Shown: positions 1-9,127 of the stretch, in pieces | How the letters are laid out: each line of letters opens with the position of its first letter | Position numbering within the stretch: the stretch's first letter is position 1 | DNA from: Bacillota bacterium | Lineage (GTDB): Bacteria > Bacillota > Sulfobacillia > JAJYWN01 > JAJZPE01 | DNA: 64,000 nucleotides | Assembly: GCA_021787335.1 (NCBI GenBank) | Contig: JAJYMC010000049.1 | Coordinates: 14,053 to 78,052 of the forward strand | Direction: 5' to 3' | Notes under the pieces: generated by a model | What the model was told of the DNA's origin: nothing | What the model saw: only the letters and a program-made list of their open reading frames with translations | The model's database searches: none | Program-made: the position numbers and the translations under genes

Positions 1-860
1 GCGAAGGCCAGCAACTTCATCCGGACGACCGGGATGCCCATGGCCGCCGCGGCCGTCTCGTCCTCGCGGATGGCCTCCCAGGCCCGGCCGGTGCGCGAGT
101 GCTCGAGCCGCCGGGCGATGGTGATGATGATCAGCAGGATCAGCAAGACCAGGAAGTAGTAGTGGACGCCCTTGTCGAGCTTGTACCCGAAGATGGCCGG
201 CGCCCGCACGGGGGTTATGCCGTTCGGGCCGTTGGTGATGTTGATGGGCTTGTCGAGGTTGTTGAGGACGATGCGGATGATCTCCCCGAACCCGAGGGTG
301 ACGATGGCCAGATAGTCACCTTTGAGGCGGAGCACCGGGAGACCCAGGAGGATGCCGGCCGTGGCGGCCGCCCCCACGGCCAGGAAGAGGAACAACCAGA
401 ACCAGTCGCCACTCAGGGGGAAGTTGACCCCATGGATGAAGTTGGCCGCCTGGGCGGACCCGAAGATGCCCCAGACATAGGCCCCCGTGGCATAGAAGGC
501 CACGTAGCCAAGGTCGAGGAGGCCGGCGAAGCCGACGACGATGTTGAGCCCAAGGGCCAGCGCCATGTAGATGCCCACCTGGATGGCCACATCGAGGTAG
601 TACCGGTTGAGGAGGCCGATTCCTGGCAGGACGAAGCCCAGGGTGATGATGCCGATAGCCAGTTTGAGCCGGTTCTCGAGACGCGAGTAGTAGACCGCCA
701 GGACCGAGCCGATGAAGAGCAGGAAAGCAATGACAGAGCGGGGGACGAGGGCGACAAGGGACGTCGTCGCGGCGATGAGACCGGCGACGGCCAACGGCTT
801 GTCGTTCATCTTAGTCCACGTCCCGCCGAGCTTTCCGAGGAGAGCTTTGATGGCCGTCAC
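1..860 (-). CDS. livM: Branched-chain amino acid ABC transporter permease, LivM-like. The gene runs off the window start.
   Basis: Reverse-strand translation from GTG at 860 (VTAIKALLGKLGG...PLAVAGLIAATTSLVALVPRSVIAF...) is a LivM-type polytopic permease. GGAGG RBS upstream; the start abuts the livH stop at 864-866. Confidence 0.75.
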   Translation of the reverse strand, partial: MTAIKALLGKLGGTWTKMNDKPLAVAGLIAATTSLVALVPRSVIAFLLFIGSVLAVYYSRLENRLKLAIGIITLGFVLPGIGLLNRYYLDVAIQVGIYMALALGLNIVVGFAGLLDLGYVAFYATGAYVWGIFGSAQAANFIHGVNFPLSGDWFWLFLFLAVGAAATAGILLGLPVLRLKGDYLAIVTLGFGEIIRIVLNNLDKPINITNGPNGITPVRAPAIFGYKLDKGVHYYFLVLLILLIIITIARRLEHSRTGRAWEAIREDETAAAAMGIPVVRMKLLAF

Positions 861-863
861 CTC

Positions 864-1820
864 CTAGGCCTTTTCACTGATGGTCTCACCGAGGAGACCG
901 CTGGGTTTGACGATGAGGACGAGAATCAGGATGACGAAGGCGAAGACGTCCTTGTACTCGGCCCCAAAGGCGCCGTGGGTGAGAATCCCCAGATAGGCCG
1001 AACCGAGCGACTCGACCATGCCCAGGAGCACGCCCCCGAGCATGGCCCCCGGGATGTTGCCGATGCCGCCGAAGACGGCCGCCGTGAAGGCCTTGATCCC
1101 GAGGATGAACCCGACGTAGGGGTGGATCAGTGTGTACTGCATGGCGAACAGCACCCCGGCGGCCCCGCCCAGGGCGCCGCCGATGAGGAAGGTCATGGTG
1201 ATCATGAAGTTGACGTTGACCCCCATGATGCTCGCCGTGGCCTGGTCCTGGGCCACGGCCCGGAGGGCCCGCCCCAGCTTGGTGCGGTTGACGAAGGTCG
1301 TCAGCCCGAACATGATGACGAGGCACACCCCGACCAGGATGAGCGTCCTGATCTGGATGTCGACGTTGGAGAAACGCAGCGTCTGCCGGTAGAGGACGGG
1401 GGTGGTCAGGTAGAAGGCGTTGCGCCACAGACCTTCGAAGAGCCGGACGGCATCCTGGAGGAAGAAGGACACGCCAATGGCCGAGATCAGGGGGACAAGC
1501 CTGGGCGCGCCTCGCAGGGGCCGGTAGGCCACCCGCTCCATGCCCGCGGCCAGAAGGCCGGCCACGATCATCCCGAAGAGCAGGGCAATGACCAGGGAGA
1601 CGAACGGAGGCAGGGCGGCCAGGGCCCCGGTCGACTGCAGGATGAGCAGGGCCTCGGTCCCGGCGAAGGCGCCGACCATGAAGATCTCACTATGGGCGAA
1701 GTTGATGAACTCCAGGACACCATAGACCATCGTGTAGCCCAGGGCGACCAGGGCGTAGACGAAGCCGAGGGTCAACCCATCGATGATGACCTGGGGCAGC
1801 ATGGCCAGGGATTCCGACAT
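864..1820 (-). CDS. livH: Branched-chain amino acid ABC transporter permease, LivH-like
   Basis: 318-aa ORF with LivH hallmark N-terminus (IIDGLTLGFVYALVALGYTMVYG) and BPD permease signature. Confidence 0.85.
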   Translation of the reverse strand: MSESLAMLPQVIIDGLTLGFVYALVALGYTMVYGVLEFINFAHSEIFMVGAFAGTEALLILQSTGALAALPPFVSLVIALLFGMIVAGLLAAGMERVAYRPLRGAPRLVPLISAIGVSFFLQDAVRLFEGLWRNAFYLTTPVLYRQTLRFSNVDIQIRTLILVGVCLVIMFGLTTFVNRTKLGRALRAVAQDQATASIMGVNVNFMITMTFLIGGALGGAAGVLFAMQYTLIHPYVGFILGIKAFTAAVFGGIGNIPGAMLGGVLLGMVESLGSAYLGILTHGAFGAEYKDVFAFVILILVLIVKPSGLLGETISEKA

Positions 1821-1886
1821 TGATCGTTCGTCCTTTCCGGGGGACGCGGCGAGGGGGACGGGCCCCCTCGCCGCCCGCCGCCTCGT

Positions 1887-3053
1887 TTATGGCTTCCCGG
1901 ACAGTTCCGCTGCCAGAGTGCCAGGATACTTGGCTTCTTTGATCTCGAAGATGTAGATCTTGGCGTTGATGTTGTCGCCCTTACTATCGAAGGCGACCGG
2001 ACCGAGGATACCCGTGTACTTGACCTTGCGGGTCTCGGTCGAAACCTGAGCCCGGGTCGGCTTCTTGCCGTTGTTGGCCTTGATCGCCGCTTCGAGGGCC
2101 AGAAGACCGATGTTGGCCGAATCATAGGCCTGCGCCGAGTAGGCGCCGACCTCCTTGCCGAACTTGGCCTTGTAGTTGGCGGCGAAGTTCCTCCCGACCT
2201 CGCTCTTGGTGACGTCCCCGGCGGCGGTCGAGTAGACCACGCCGACGGCGTCCTTGCCGGCGATATCGATGAGGCCCTTGTCGTCGAGGCCGTCAGCGCC
2301 CATGAAGTAGGCGCCGATCTTCTTCTCCCGGGCCTGTTTGAGAATCTGGCCCGCCTCGGGGAACATGCCGCCGAAGTAGATGAGGTCGGGCTTCTTCACC
2401 TTGACCTGATTCAGGACCGCGCTGAAGTCGACCTCGCCCTGGGTGATGCCCTCGAAGCCGAGGACCTTGACCCCAAGGGCTTCGGCCTTCTTGCGGAACT
2501 CGTCGGCCACACCCTGGCCGTAAGTGGTCTTGTCGTGGATGACGAAGACCGACTTCACCTTCAGGGTCTCAACCGCGTACCGGGCGCCCCAGGGGCCCTG
2601 GAAGTCGTCGCGGCCGCAGACGCGGTTGACGTTGGGCAGGTTGCGGTCGGTCACCTTGGGGTTGGTGTTGGCCGGGGAGATCATGGTCAGGTTGTCCTTG
2701 GCGTAGACCTCCGACGAGGGAATGGCCACGCTGGAGTTCAGGTGGCCGATGACGAGCAGGATGTCCTTGTCGGCGATCAGCTTCTCGGCCACGGACACGC
2801 CGACCTTCGGGTCGGCCTGGTCGTCCTGGGGCGTGAACTGCAGGTCGTAGCCGAGTTTCTTGAACTTATCCTTGTTTTCGTCGATGGCCATCTGGACCCC
2901 GAGCTTCATCGCTTCACCCATCGATGACTGCGCCCCGGAGAGCGGACTGACGCTGGCAATCTTGATCACCTTGGGCTTGCCGCAGCCGGCCACGGCCGTG
3001 GACACTAACAGGAGACTGACAACCAGGAGAACGAGCCATCTGTATTTACGCAT
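1887..3053 (-). CDS. livK: Branched-chain amino acid ABC transporter substrate-binding lipoprotein, LivK/LivJ-like
   Basis: Lipoprotein signal with lipobox (LLLVSTAVAGCG) and periplasmic binding protein type I fold motifs. Preferred start is ATG at 3053 (MRKYRW), which has an AGGGAGGTG RBS; the tracked ORF start at 3086 is a GTG without good spacing. Confidence 0.8.
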   Translation of the reverse strand: MRKYRWLVLLVVSLLLVSTAVAGCGKPKVIKIASVSPLSGAQSSMGEAMKLGVQMAIDENKDKFKKLGYDLQFTPQDDQADPKVGVSVAEKLIADKDILLVIGHLNSSVAIPSSEVYAKDNLTMISPANTNPKVTDRNLPNVNRVCGRDDFQGPWGARYAVETLKVKSVFVIHDKTTYGQGVADEFRKKAEALGVKVLGFEGITQGEVDFSAVLNQVKVKKPDLIYFGGMFPEAGQILKQAREKKIGAYFMGADGLDDKGLIDIAGKDAVGVVYSTAAGDVTKSEVGRNFAANYKAKFGKEVGAYSAQAYDSANIGLLALEAAIKANNGKKPTRAQVSTETRKVKYTGILGPVAFDSKGDNINAKIYIFEIKEAKYPGTLAAELSGKP

Positions 3054-3376
3054 AACCGCAACTCGCACCTCCCTCTGTTCATTCACCGTTCACGTTGGGC
3101 TAGAAAGCAGACCGATGGGACGAAGCTGTTTTCCGGTGAGACCCCCTCTCTTAAGCAAGCTAAGGAACCCAAAACTGACTCATCTGACTTGTCTATATTC
3201 AGCCAATAGAGGCAATCTCCTGCCATAACGCCCAATATCCCCCCGGGTAAGAGGTGGCGACACTCCCTTCAGGCGACCAGGAAGATGATGGGAGGAGAAC
3301 GCCGCCCTGGTGTAGTAAGTCTCATCGGGATCCCAGCCGACAGGGACGCCCGCCGACCCAAAGGGGGATGTCTGAC

Positions 3377-4585
3377 ATGAAGCGTATGACCGTCTCCGGC
3401 TGGCTGTTCGGGGCCGCCCTGGCGCTCTCAGTCGTGCTGGCATTGGCCCTCGCGCCGGCCGACAATCGCCTGGCCCTGGCGGCCACGGTGGCCGTGGCCC
3501 TGTTGCTGCTGGTGCCCGTCATCGGCCTGGTCCTCTGGACGCAGGGGCGCAACCCGCAGAAGGGTGACCGGGTGGTGGATCGGCCGGCGCTTCCCAAAGA
3601 CGCGGAGACAGATGCCGCCAGGCCCCGGACCAGCGCCATGCCCCGGCAGGCTCGGCAGGCGACCGACCGTCTCCCGCGGGACCTGACCCGCCAAGAGGCC
3701 GCGTTTTACGGAACGTTGACACCGTACAAATTGCCGACCGGCACCGCCGGGTACCAGACGACCAGGGCGAAGCCGCCCCGCCCGAGGCCGCCCGGCAGCC
3801 CCGCGGAGGGCCGGTTCCTGAGTTTCTTCAAAGAGATGACCCTGGCCAGGCGGCTCATCCTCCTCGTGGCCGTCGACCTCATCATCGTCGGGGTCGTGCT
3901 CCTTCTGACCCTGCCGACGCTCGGACCGGGTCTGGTCATGCTTCTCGCGGCAGTCGTGTCCGCCGTCGTCGTCCTCATCGGCAACGACCGGGCCCGTCAC
4001 ACCGCCGCCCTAAAGACGCTGGCCCGGGACATGGGGCTGGCCTTCATCGCCCGATCCCGCGACGAAGCCGGAGTCGAGGCGGTCCGCGACCTCGGCGCGA
4101 TGTACTCGCCCGACCTGCTGCCCGCTAAGGTGGGTGGGCGCTACCCGTTTGTCGCCGGCCGGGCGCACGGTCAGCTGGTCACGGTCAGGCAGGCTTACTC
4201 CGCCGGGCTGCCCCCGGGCACGATGGAGGCGACCCGGGTCTCCGTCCATCTCCGCTCCGACCTCAAGGGGCTGACCATCTACGATGCCGACGACGCTCCG
4301 TCGGGCTTCCGCTACACGCCCACCGGCGACGACGCCTTCGACCGGCGGTTCAAGGTCCGAGCCCTGGACCCGGCGGCCTTGCCGGCCATCCTTGATCCCA
4401 ACGCCCGGGCGAGGCTCCTCCGGTTCGACCGCGCCGGTCTGACCGGGCTCGAGATCGGACGCTACGGTGTCTACTTCTACGAACGGGGCCTCGTGACTGA
4501 CCCCGCCGCGCTGGCCGGGACCATCGAGTTGCTGTCGTTGCTGGCCGCAAACATCTCCCAGAGCTCAGACCGGAAAGAGGGATGA
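3377..4585 (+). CDS. Hypothetical membrane protein (N-terminal and central TM segments, unknown C-terminal domain)
   Basis: ORF 3254..4585. Preferred start is ATG 3377 (MKRMTVSGWLFGAALAL), preceded by AAGGGGGA RBS. Hydrophobic helices present; no recognisable family. Confidence 0.5.
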   Translation: MKRMTVSGWLFGAALALSVVLALALAPADNRLALAATVAVALLLLVPVIGLVLWTQGRNPQKGDRVVDRPALPKDAETDAARPRTSAMPRQARQATDRLPRDLTRQEAAFYGTLTPYKLPTGTAGYQTTRAKPPRPRPPGSPAEGRFLSFFKEMTLARRLILLVAVDLIIVGVVLLLTLPTLGPGLVMLLAAVVSAVVVLIGNDRARHTAALKTLARDMGLAFIARSRDEAGVEAVRDLGAMYSPDLLPAKVGGRYPFVAGRAHGQLVTVRQAYSAGLPPGTMEATRVSVHLRSDLKGLTIYDADDAPSGFRYTPTGDDAFDRRFKVRALDPAALPAILDPNARARLLRFDRAGLTGLEIGRYGVYFYERGLVTDPAALAGTIELLSLLAANISQSSDRKEG

Positions 4586-4589
4586 CTTA

Positions 4590-5594
4590 GTGCCCAAGCC
4601 AACCGTCGTGCTCTTCGCCACCGGCGGGACCATCGCCATGAACACGCCCAGCGGCCCCAGCGCCGGCGGGGGTGGCGGCGGAGCCATGCCGGCCCTGACC
4701 GGGGCCGACCTCGTGAAGGCGGTCCCGGCCCTCAAGCGGGTCGCCGACGTGGAGTACGAGCAGGTCTGCAACGTGCCCGGCCCGTCAATCAGGTTCGAGA
4801 ACCTGCTGGATCTGCTCGGCCGCATCCGCGAACGCTTCGCCGACGCCAACGTCAGCGGCGGGGTGGTCACCCACGGCACCGATACCATCGAGGAGACGGC
4901 CTACTTCCTCGACCTCGTCCTCGGCCGGGGCAAGCCGGTGGTCGTCACCGGGGCCATGCGCCACGCGGGTCTGCTGAGTTCCGACGGCCCGGCCAACCTC
5001 TATCAGTCGGTGAAGGTGGCTGCCTCGCCGGAGGCCGTCGACCGCGGCGCCCTCGTCGTCCTCAACGGCACCATCCACGCGGCGGCCGAGGTCACGAAGC
5101 TGAACACCCAGAGCGTCGAGACCTTTCACTCGCCCGACTTCGGGCCTATCGGGGGCGTCTTCGAGGAGAGGGTGGTCTTCGTCCGGAGCCCGCGCCGGCG
5201 GCGGGCCCTGCCCGTGACGGCCATCACCCACAAGGTGGCCATGGTCAAGATGGCCGTCGACCCGGACCCCGAGTTCCTCGAGGCCATCATCGGCGCGCGC
5301 CCCGACGGCCTCGTCCTCGAGGCGGTCGGCGGCGGACACGTTCCGCAGACGGCCCTGCCCTTCATCGACCAGGCCATGCGGCAGGGGACGAGGGTGGTCA
5401 TGTGCACCCGCGTCCCGGTGGGGCCGCTCCTCACCGAGACCTACGGCTTCGCCGGCAGCGAGACGGACATGCGCAAGCGCGGCATCCCCTTCAGCCATCA
5501 CAACGCCCAGAAGACGCGGATCAAGCTGCTTGTGGCCCTGGAGCAAAAAGACCCGACGGCCATCGAGGAGGTCCTCGCCGACCCGGATTGGTGA
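4590..5594 (+). CDS. ansA: L-asparaginase (type I, AnsA-like)
   Basis: N-terminal VVLFATGGTIAM threonine motif and asparaginase/glutaminase fold conservation. GTG start with AGAGGGA RBS. Confidence 0.85.
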   Translation: MPKPTVVLFATGGTIAMNTPSGPSAGGGGGGAMPALTGADLVKAVPALKRVADVEYEQVCNVPGPSIRFENLLDLLGRIRERFADANVSGGVVTHGTDTIEETAYFLDLVLGRGKPVVVTGAMRHAGLLSSDGPANLYQSVKVAASPEAVDRGALVVLNGTIHAAAEVTKLNTQSVETFHSPDFGPIGGVFEERVVFVRSPRRRRALPVTAITHKVAMVKMAVDPDPEFLEAIIGARPDGLVLEAVGGGHVPQTALPFIDQAMRQGTRVVMCTRVPVGPLLTETYGFAGSETDMRKRGIPFSHHNAQKTRIKLLVALEQKDPTAIEEVLADPDW

Positions 5595-5677
5595 ATCGCC
5601 GCAGATTGGTGAGTAGCGCGGTGAAGTCACACGCGGTGAATCACCGCGGTGAAGTCGACACGCGGTGAAGTCGCCGC
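5586..5677 (+). repeat. Array of short direct repeats, GGTGA(AGTC) core repeated about 6 times, running from the ansA stop to the -35 of the next promoter
   Basis: attGGTGAatcgccgcagattGGTGAgtagcgcGGTGAagtcacacgcGGTGAatcaccgcGGTGAagtcgacacgcGGTGAagtcgccgc, read directly. Confidence 0.7.
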
Positions 5678-5707
5678 TTGACGGGCGTCCGGCCATCGTG
5701 GTAAGAT
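5678..5707 (+). promoter_or_regulatory. Sigma-70-like promoter (TTGACG - 18 nt - TAAGAT) for the ABC-2 exporter operon leader
   Basis: Hexamers read from sequence. About 280-nt leader follows. Confidence 0.45.
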
Positions 5708-5927
5708 TTAGGCGTTGTGGCGGCCCCCGTGGGGGCAAGCCGAAAAATCGGAGAGGGAGGTGACGCACGTGATCCGCAGCTTCGTACGTCTTCGCAGCAC
5801 CAAGGCAGCGCTTCTGGCAATCGGACGGGACAGCCATGCCCGTTTGACAGGATCACGTGAACCCGGGTCACTTCTGCCTCCGGTCAGTTTCTGACCGGCA
5901 GTCCACAACGGACTATACAGGCATGGA

Positions 5928-5962
5928 CCCCGCGGGTCGCGCGACCCGTGGGGTTTTTGTTT
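5928..5962 (+). terminator. Intrinsic terminator/attenuator hairpin inside the ABC operon leader, about 30 nt before the start codon
   Basis: ccccgcgggtcg/cgacccgtgggg stem followed by tttttgttt. Sits between the promoter and the RBS AAAGGGGAGG. Confidence 0.65.
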
Positions 5963-5991
5963 GGGACCGGTGAAAGGGGAGGAACAAGCAG

Positions 5992-7092
5992 ATGTCAACG
6001 ACCGACACGACCGTCTGGGCCATCCGCACCGAGGCCCTTCGGCGAACCTTCCGTGACAAGAGTCAGGTCAAGAAGAAGAAGGGCGCCAAGAACGGGGACG
6101 GCGCCAACGGCGCGAACGCCGGCAACGGTGCCGCCGAGAAGGCCAAACCCCAGGACTTCGTGGCCCTTGACGGGGTCAGCCTCGAGGTGGGCGAGGGCGA
6201 ACTCTTCGGCCTCCTCGGCCCGAACGGGGCGGGGAAGACCACCCTCATCAAGATCCTCGCGACCCTGATGTACCCGACCTCCGGTCGGGCCTGGGTCTGT
6301 GGCTATGACGTGCAAGAGCGGCCCGGCCAGGTCAAGAAGCTCATCAACATGGTCTCCGGCGGTGAGCATTCCGGGTATGGCTCGTTGACCGTCCGCGAGA
6401 CCCTGTGGATGTTCTCGCAATTCTATGGGCTCGACTCGCGGGAGGCCCTCCGCCGCATCGACGAGCTGATGGAGATCATCGGCTTCAAGGATCAGGCCAA
6501 CACGAAAATCAGCAAGCTGTCCACGGGTATGCGGCAGAAGATGAACTTCATCCGCGGCTTCGTCAGCGACCCGCGGGTCCTCTTCCTCGACGAGCCGACC
6601 CTCGGCCTGGATGTCGGCGTCTCGCGGACCATCCGCGCCTTCGTCCGCGATTGGGTCAAGGCCCGGCCGGACCGCACCGTGCTCCTGACTACGCACTACA
6701 TGGCCGAAGCCGACGAGATGTGTGACCGAGTCGCCATCATCGACAGCGGTCGGGTCCTGGCCTGTGACTCGCCTGCCAATCTGAAGCGTTCCCTGGGTCG
6801 CGACAGCGCCATCGAACTCGAGCTGGCCGGCGGCCAGGTCAGCGAGGGCGGCCTCACCGCCATCCGCGGCGTGCGCCGGGCATCCGTGACCACCGAGCCC
6901 GCCTCGGGCAAGTCCGAAGCCACTTTGATCATCGAAGAAGATGGGGCCGTCCAACCGCTCCTCGGCTACGTCGCCGACTGCGGCGCCCAGGTCCTGGCCT
7001 TCCGCAAGAAGGAAGTGACCCTCGAGGACGTCTTCCTATCCATCGTCGGGAGGAAACTCGATGAGAACGGAAACGCGAATGGAAACCACTGA
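5992..7092 (+). CDS. ABC transporter ATP-binding protein (ABC-2/DrrA-like) with a Lys/Gly/Asn-rich N-terminal insert
   Basis: Walker A GPNGAGKTT, signature LSTGMRQK, Walker B LFLDEPT, H-loop TTHYM. Confidence 0.85.
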   Translation: MSTTDTTVWAIRTEALRRTFRDKSQVKKKKGAKNGDGANGANAGNGAAEKAKPQDFVALDGVSLEVGEGELFGLLGPNGAGKTTLIKILATLMYPTSGRAWVCGYDVQERPGQVKKLINMVSGGEHSGYGSLTVRETLWMFSQFYGLDSREALRRIDELMEIIGFKDQANTKISKLSTGMRQKMNFIRGFVSDPRVLFLDEPTLGLDVGVSRTIRAFVRDWVKARPDRTVLLTTHYMAEADEMCDRVAIIDSGRVLACDSPANLKRSLGRDSAIELELAGGQVSEGGLTAIRGVRRASVTTEPASGKSEATLIIEEDGAVQPLLGYVADCGAQVLAFRKKEVTLEDVFLSIVGRKLDENGNANGNH

Positions 7093-7912
7093 TACAGTCG
7101 CCCAGGCCCTCCGCAACAACCTGCGGGCCTCGTGGGGCCGGGCCTATGTCCGGGTCATCGGCGTCAACCGTGAGCTGTCCTGGCTCTTCCTCGATATCGT
7201 CATGCCCCTCTTCAGCATCGCCGCCTACGTCCTCCTGTACCGGTCGATGAACGCGCCGCGGGAATACGACGGTTTCGTCATCCTCGGCGCCCTGATGACC
7301 GCATACTGGCTGAACGTCCTATGGGCGATGGCCGCCCAGTTCTACTGGGAACGCGAGATGGGCCACCTCGAACTGTACATGATGGCGCCCATCTCCCCGA
7401 TGGCCATCCTCTTCGGGATGTCCTTCGGCGGCATCTTCCAGACGACCGTCCGGGCCGCGGCCACGGTGACCATGGGCGCGCTCATCTTCGGCGTCCACTT
7501 CAGCATCGCCAACCCGCTGGCCGTCCTGGGCATCTTCTTCCTGACCCTGGTCGCCCTCTACGGCCTCGGCATGACCGCCGCCTCCCTGTACCTCGTCTAT
7601 GGGCGCGACGCCCAGAACCTCTCAAACCTGCTCCAGGAGCCGGTCTTCCTGCTCTCCGGGGTCAACTTCCCGGTCAAAGCCCTCGGCTTCTGGACGGCTG
7701 CGACGGCCTGCTTCATCCCGATGACTCTGGGGATGGACGCCCTGCGGCAGCTCGTTTTCGATGACAAGACCACCGGCTTCATGCCGGTCGGCTGGGAGGT
7801 CCTCGGGCTGGTCGTCACCGGGGCGGTGACCCTGATCGGCGCCTACAAGGCCCTCAAGTACCTTGAAGACCTGGCCAAGCGCCAGGGGAGGCTGACTCTC
7901 AAATGGCAATGA
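7061..7912 (+). CDS. ABC-2 family transporter permease
   Basis: 283-aa polytopic membrane protein, overlaps the ATPase stop; ABC-2 type permease features. Confidence 0.75.
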   Translation: MRTETRMETTDTVAQALRNNLRASWGRAYVRVIGVNRELSWLFLDIVMPLFSIAAYVLLYRSMNAPREYDGFVILGALMTAYWLNVLWAMAAQFYWEREMGHLELYMMAPISPMAILFGMSFGGIFQTTVRAAATVTMGALIFGVHFSIANPLAVLGIFFLTLVALYGLGMTAASLYLVYGRDAQNLSNLLQEPVFLLSGVNFPVKALGFWTAATACFIPMTLGMDALRQLVFDDKTTGFMPVGWEVLGLVVTGAVTLIGAYKALKYLEDLAKRQGRLTLKWQ

Positions 7913-8805
7913 GCGAGACCACCATCGACAAGAAGAAAGAAGGGTTCGGGCCGCTCGCGCCCCTGCGGGAGGCCTGGCGGTCCTTCGCCCCGGCCACCTG
8001 GCTCGGCTGGCAGATCGAGTCCAATTGGACCGACCCTTTCACCTTCGCCGTCTTCAACCTCGTCCGGCCGCTTTCGGGGGCCCTCATCCTGGTCGTCATG
8101 TACCTCGTGGCCACCCGGATGAACACCCGGACCGACCTCTTCGCCCAGGTCTACACGGGCAACGCCATGTTCACCTACCTCGGAGGCGTCCTCTTCGGCA
8201 TGTCCTGGGTCATCCACGAGGACCGCGAGCACTACCAGATGATACGGTACGTCTACATCGGCACGTCGCACCTGTACTGGTACCTGCTCGGCCGGGCGGT
8301 CGCCAAGTTCCTGGTGACGACCCTGTCGGTCGTCGTCCTCCTGACCGCGGGCAAGCTGTTCCTCGGCCTGCGCCTGTACTGGTCGGTCATCGACTGGCCG
8401 TATTTCCTGACCGCCTTCAGCCTCGGCCTCATCGGCGCCACCGGGCTCGGCCTGGCCCTGTCCGGGTGGATGATGCTGATGGCCCGGCAGGCCGCGACGG
8501 TCTCCGAAGTCGCGGCCGGGGTGTTCTACCTCGCCTGCGGATTCCTCTTCCCGATCGACGTCCTGCCGACCTGGGCTCAGGCCGTCGCCAGGTGGATCCC
8601 GTTCACCTGGTGGAACGAGGGCATGAGGCGGGGCCTCTTCGGGCACGGCAACAGCCAGGTCCTGGTGAGCCTGTCCAACGGGACCATCCTCAACTGGCTC
8701 GCCATCAGCACGGCCGTCTTCGGGGCCCTGTCCCTGGCCGCCTTTTTCGGCGCCGAGCGCCTGGCCAAGCGGCGCGGGCTCCTGGACCAGATCACCGATT
8801 TCTGA
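7903..8805 (+). CDS. ABC-2 family transporter permease (second subunit)
   Basis: 300-aa polytopic membrane protein overlapping the previous gene by 10 nt. Confidence 0.75.
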   Translation: MAMSETTIDKKKEGFGPLAPLREAWRSFAPATWLGWQIESNWTDPFTFAVFNLVRPLSGALILVVMYLVATRMNTRTDLFAQVYTGNAMFTYLGGVLFGMSWVIHEDREHYQMIRYVYIGTSHLYWYLLGRAVAKFLVTTLSVVVLLTAGKLFLGLRLYWSVIDWPYFLTAFSLGLIGATGLGLALSGWMMLMARQAATVSEVAAGVFYLACGFLFPIDVLPTWAQAVARWIPFTWWNEGMRRGLFGHGNSQVLVSLSNGTILNWLAISTAVFGALSLAAFFGAERLAKRRGLLDQITDF

Positions 8806-8873
8806 AGCACCAGCGCATCGACGACGAAGCACCAGCGCATCGACGACGAAGCACCAGCGCATCGACGACGAAG
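8804..8873 (+). repeat. 22-bp tandem repeat, about 3.2 copies (GAAGCACCAGCGCATCGACGAC), starting inside the permease stop codon
   Basis: Exact copies at 8804-8825, 8826-8847, 8848-8869, then a partial copy. Confidence 0.9.
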
Positions 8874-8905
8874 CCGCCCACGGTGGGCGGCTTTGTTCAT
8901 TTCCC
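8872..8905 (+). terminator. Rho-independent terminator after the ABC-2 operon
   Basis: gccgccc-acggtg-ggcggc hairpin followed by tttgttcatttcc. Confidence 0.7.
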
Positions 8906-9127
8906 CAGGAAATACCACGGCGCGGCGTCACCACGCGGACGGCCGACTCGCTCGCCGCCACCCTTGCTTTTCCAGCGCGACGGGGCCCCAAGAGCCCGCC
9001 CGCGCCGCCGACCGCAGCTATTGGGCCGTCTTAGCGGCCCGCAAAATGGAAGACCGGACCATCCCGCAACCGTATACGGCCAGTTGGCGGCACATATAAT
9101 AGAACAGCGGAAGGGAGCGCGATCGAC

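Noticed and set aside
99-1823. 574-aa acidic ORF on + strand
   Set aside because: Antisense shadow of the livM/livH genes in high-GC DNA; extreme Asp/Glu/Gly composition, no domain.
5600-5680. Possible CRISPR array (also 8804-8873, 19853-19931, 57681-57725)
   Set aside because: Repeat units of 9-22 bp are directly adjacent without spacers, and no cas genes are present. These are simple tandem repeats.
5995-6954. 319-aa ORF on - strand
   Set aside because: Antisense to the ABC ATPase gene.
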